From positions 1-25,996 of the forward strand of contig JAUVPT010000001.1 in assembly GCA_030598525.1 (NCBI GenBank): a DNA stretch of 25,996 bases. Reading direction: 5' to 3'. Positions 19,718 to 25,996 of this stretch are shown piece by piece; position 1 is the stretch's first letter, and each line of letters starts with the position of its first letter. Below the pieces are notes generated by a model. It saw only the letters and a program-made list of their open reading frames with translations. It was not told the DNA's origin and made no database searches. Source of the stretch: Gemmatimonadota bacterium (GTDB lineage Bacteria > Gemmatimonadota > Gemmatimonadetes > Palauibacterales > Palauibacteraceae). The translations under genes were made by a program, and so were the position numbers.

Positions 19718-20472
19718 TGATGACTCCGTCCAGCGGGCAGGTGCTGTCGGTCGTAATGCCGGTCTACAACGAGCAGGACACGCTCGAGGCGATCATTCGG
19801 CGGGTGCGCGAGGTGCCCCTCAAGATCGAGCTGCTGTGCGTGGACGACGGCTCGACCGATCGATCGCGTGAGATCCTGGCACGGCTCGAGACCGAAGGAC
19901 TGGTGGACCGGGTTATCCTGCACGAGCAGAACCAGGGCAAGGGCAGGGCGCTGGCCACGGGATTCGCGGCGGCCAGCGGCAGTGTCGTGATCATCCAGGA
20001 CGCCGATCTCGAGTACGACCCGGACGAGTACCGGAAGCTGCTCGAGCCGATCCTCGACGATCGGGCGGACGTGGTGTACGGGTCCCGGTTCCTGGGCGGT
20101 GAGCCCCACCGGGTGCTTTACTTCTGGCACTACGTGGGGAACCGTTTCCTCACTCTGATGTCCAACATGGTGACGAACCTGAACCTGACGGACATGGAGA
20201 CGTGCTATAAGTGCTTCCGCATGGAAGTGCTCGAGGGACTGGAGATCGAAGAGCGGGGATTCGGAGTGGAGCCCGAAATTACGGCGAAGATCGCCCGTGG
20301 AGGCTGGCGCGTGTACGAAGTCGGCGTGTCCTACAGCGGTCGGACGTACGCGGAGGGGAAGAAGATCAACTGGAAGGATGGGTTCCGGGCCCTGCACTGC
20401 ATCGCGAAATACGGAGTCATCCGACGGGCGACGGCTCCCCGGCGGATTTCGGCGTCATCCTCCGAGGCCTGA
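19714..20472 (+). CDS. GT2 glycosyltransferase, DPM1/ArnC-like polyprenol-phosphate glycosyltransferase
   Basis: ATG overlapping the uxs stop; [51 protein letters not shown]. No C-terminal TM hairpin is evident. Confidence 0.9.
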   Translation: MMMTPSSGQVLSVVMPVYNEQDTLEAIIRRVREVPLKIELLCVDDGSTDRSREILARLETEGLVDRVILHEQNQGKGRALATGFAAASGSVVIIQDADLEYDPDEYRKLLEPILDDRADVVYGSRFLGGEPHRVLYFWHYVGNRFLTLMSNMVTNLNLTDMETCYKCFRMEVLEGLEIEERGFGVEPEITAKIARGGWRVYEVGVSYSGRTYAEGKKINWKDGFRALHCIAKYGVIRRATAPRRISASSSEA

Positions 20473-20480
20473 GGTCATCG

Positions 20481-21413
20481 GTGGTGCCGCATCCCGGGTT
20501 TGGAAGAAGGCGGGTACGCGGTGTGGCCGCGGTCGCCGCGCTGGTCCTCCTTCCGGTGGCATGCGGGGGGTCCCCGGACGATGCGGTCGAGAGGGGGGAT
20601 CGTCTGTACGGCGCCGGGCAGATCGATGCCGCGATAGCGGAGTATCGACTGGCACTGAGGCAGCGGGGCGACGAGCCCGAGGTCCTGCTTCGACTGGGTG
20701 ACGCGTACGGCGAGAAGGGCGAAGTCGAGGCATCTCTCAGATACATCCGCCGGTTGCTGGCCGAGGACTCGACCTACCGCTACCAGGCGGCGGCGGTGCT
20801 CTCCCAGGCGGCGCGCGTGGCCCTGGAGCGCGGCGCGCCGGACAACATGGCCAGGGCCCTGGGACCGGTGGAGCGGATGGGCGTCGGCCTCATTCCACCG
20901 GACCTGAGGCTCTCGCTGGCCCGGCATTACTCAGGGTTGTCCGACTACGGTCGGGCCCTGCCCCTGTATCTGGGGGCAGCCGAGGGTGACGTGACTTCGG
21001 CGGAGGTGGAGCTCGAGACGGCGCGGACCTTTCAGGAGCTCGGTGGATGTCGCGAGGCCCTGGGCTACTTCGAGAGCTATCTCGCGCGGGGGCGATCGGC
21101 CGGTACGGACCGGTCTGGCGTCCGGTGGCAGTACGGAAACTGCCTTTTCGTGGTGGCGGAGGAAGAGCAGCAGCAGGGTCGCAACCGTTCGGCGGAGACT
21201 CACCTGGACGCCCTGATCGGGCAGGGGGTGCCCCGCACGCTCCTGGACCGGGCGCATTTCGAGCGAGGGGAACTGCTCCTTGAGCGGGGCGCCTATCAGG
21301 AGGCGGAGGCCGATTTCCTGGCCGTGCTGGAGCTGAATCCCGCGCGCAGCGGTCCGCTGGTGGCCATGGCCGAAGAGAGAATACGCGAGATCCGGTACGG
21401 ATATCTGAGATAA
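20481..21413 (+). CDS. TPR-repeat lipoprotein of unknown function
   Basis: GAGGT RBS then GTG at 20481; basic n-region, hydrophobic h-region, lipobox-like PVA-C (Cys codon 20562); TPR-like helices (GDRLYGAGQIDAAIAEYRLAL, HFERGELLLERGAYQEAEADFLAVL). The ORF-track start at 20211 overlaps the GT2 and is unlikely. Confidence 0.82.
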   Translation: MVPHPGFGRRRVRGVAAVAALVLLPVACGGSPDDAVERGDRLYGAGQIDAAIAEYRLALRQRGDEPEVLLRLGDAYGEKGEVEASLRYIRRLLAEDSTYRYQAAAVLSQAARVALERGAPDNMARALGPVERMGVGLIPPDLRLSLARHYSGLSDYGRALPLYLGAAEGDVTSAEVELETARTFQELGGCREALGYFESYLARGRSAGTDRSGVRWQYGNCLFVVAEEEQQQGRNRSAETHLDALIGQGVPRTLLDRAHFERGELLLERGAYQEAEADFLAVLELNPARSGPLVAMAEERIREIRYGYLR

Positions 21414-22195
21414 TGGGACGATTTGGGAGACGAAGGGGATTGACGATTACGTGGGGCACGTGCATCTCGTGGTGCGCGTGGCTGGCCGTCGGCGTAACGG
21501 CCGCCTGCGCGCCGGCCATGCCCCCCGAGGGCGCCTTGCCACGCACTCGATTCGACTGGTCCGTGGATCGGTTCGAGAGAGAGAAATACCACGACGCGAT
21601 CCGCGGATTCAGGGATCACCTGATTCGTGAGCCGCTGCATCCCACCGCGGACAGCAGCCGCCTTCTTCTTGCCGAGTCATACCTGATGACCGACCAGGAG
21701 CTGCTGGCGGCCAACGAGTTCCGGCAACTGGCGACCTCCCGCCCGAACAGTCCTCTGGCCGACGACGCCCAGTTCGGGGTGTGTAGAGCATTCTGGGCGG
21801 TCTCGCCCAATCTGCCACGCGATCAGGAGTTTACGGAAAAGACGATGGAGGAGTGCACGCGGCTCCTCGAGTTCTTTCCGCGGAGCCCGCTCGTGGGAGC
21901 GGCGCGCGACCTGGTGGCCCAGGCCAGGCAGAAGATGGCGGCCAAGGAGCTCAGGGTCGGGAAGTACTACTTCGACAGGACGTTCTACGAGTCGGCCATC
22001 ATCTACTTCGAGAACATCCTGCAGACGTATCCGGAGGCCGATGTCGTTCCCGCGACGCTGCTAGTGCTGCACTACAGCTACTCTCGCGTGGGCTTTCAGG
22101 CAGAGGCGGACCTGGTGCGGCAACGCCTCCTGGAACTCTACCCCGACTCGCCACAGGCTGAAGAGCTCGTGGAGCAAGACGGAGACGAGGGCTGA
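21413..22195 (+). CDS. bamD: Outer membrane protein assembly factor BamD
   Basis: Lipobox TAA-C (Cys codon 21506); RPNSPLADDAQF, PRDQEFT, FPRSPLV, LAAK-like MAAKELRVGKYY, YESAIIYFENILQTYPE. Confidence 0.9.
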   Translation: MGRFGRRRGLTITWGTCISWCAWLAVGVTAACAPAMPPEGALPRTRFDWSVDRFEREKYHDAIRGFRDHLIREPLHPTADSSRLLLAESYLMTDQELLAANEFRQLATSRPNSPLADDAQFGVCRAFWAVSPNLPRDQEFTEKTMEECTRLLEFFPRSPLVGAARDLVAQARQKMAAKELRVGKYYFDRTFYESAIIYFENILQTYPEADVVPATLLVLHYSYSRVGFQAEADLVRQRLLELYPDSPQAEELVEQDGDEG

Positions 22196-22196
22196 C

Positions 22197-22781
22197 GTGC
22201 CGGGACGGATCGGGATCTTCGGCGGTACGTTCGATCCGCCGCACATCGGGCACCTGGTGGTGACGCAGGACGCCCTCGAGCGCCTGGACCTCGATCGACT
22301 GATCGTAATGCCGGCCGGCCGTCCGCCGCATCGGGAACCGGTCCTGGACGCGGACACGCGGTTGGAACTCGTCCGCCGGGCGTTCGAGGGTGACGAACGC
22401 ATCCACGTGAGCGACGTCGAGCTACGACGGGAAGGTCCTTCGTGGACCGTGGACACGCTGGAGTGGGCGCACCAGGAACTGAATCCGGAAGCGCTCTTCC
22501 TGATCGTGGGGGCGGATCAACTCCGGTCCTTCCGCGGTTGGAGGGAGCCGGAGCGCATACTGAGCCTGGCGCGCCTCGCCGTGATGACACGGCCGGGCGA
22601 AGAATTGAAGGGGACGGACGTCCCCCACGAGGTCATCGAAGTCACGAGGGTGGACCTCTCCAGCACGCGAATCCGACGCCGGCTGGAGGAGGGCAGGTCA
22701 ATTCGATACATGGTGCCGGAACGCCTGCGACCGGAAGTCGAGCGGGCGTGGTCGGCGCGGAGCACTCAGTCGCGCGCCTGA
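22197..22781 (+). CDS. nadD: Nicotinate-nucleotide adenylyltransferase
   Basis: GTG start; IGIFGGTFDPPHIGH (HIGH motif), PPHR, SWTVDTL, GADQ...F..W, LSSTRIR. Confidence 0.96.
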   Translation: MPGRIGIFGGTFDPPHIGHLVVTQDALERLDLDRLIVMPAGRPPHREPVLDADTRLELVRRAFEGDERIHVSDVELRREGPSWTVDTLEWAHQELNPEALFLIVGADQLRSFRGWREPERILSLARLAVMTRPGEELKGTDVPHEVIEVTRVDLSSTRIRRRLEEGRSIRYMVPERLRPEVERAWSARSTQSRA

Positions 22782-22815
22782 CGGGACGGGGCCGAACAAA
22801 GGAAGATCGCAGCAC

Positions 22816-25996
<3,181 letters not shown>

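Noticed and set aside
16414-20472. Sugar genes as a horizontally acquired island or an Ara4N (arn) operon
   Set aside because: There is no integrase, transposase, tRNA or flanking direct repeat, composition looks similar to the neighbours by eye, and arnB, arnD and arnT-like genes are absent from the window.

Overview
A GC-rich bacterial chromosome segment in which every supportable gene is on the + strand. Bases 1-15519 hold the 3' end of tuf and a complete fused S10-spc-alpha ribosomal superoperon (rpsJ to rplQ, including secY, adk, map, infA, rpmJ and rpoA). An uncharacterised membrane-anchored protein and rpmB follow, then a hairpin-rich spacer with a probable intrinsic terminator. The second block (16414 to the end) encodes an Rmd/Gmd-family SDR, UDP-glucose dehydrogenase, UDP-glucuronate decarboxylase, a DPM-like GT2, a TPR lipoprotein, BamD, NadD and a long-form SecA cut off by the window end. 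secA, rpmJ, rpmC, rplQ and the true rplW start are missing or mis-started in the ORF track. BamD indicates a diderm, and protein features suggest Gemmatimonadota or an FCB-related lineage (inference from remembered family patterns, not a search). I found no tRNA, rRNA, CRISPR array or mobile element. The best leads are a four-cysteine insert in the SecA variable region, a 15-residue insertion in uL23 beside the trigger-factor docking residue, altered uL4/uL22 tunnel loops, the unknown membrane gene inside the ribosomal transcript, and a UDP-xylose/GT2 cassette coupled to envelope-biogenesis genes. All consensus comparisons are from memory and need alignment.
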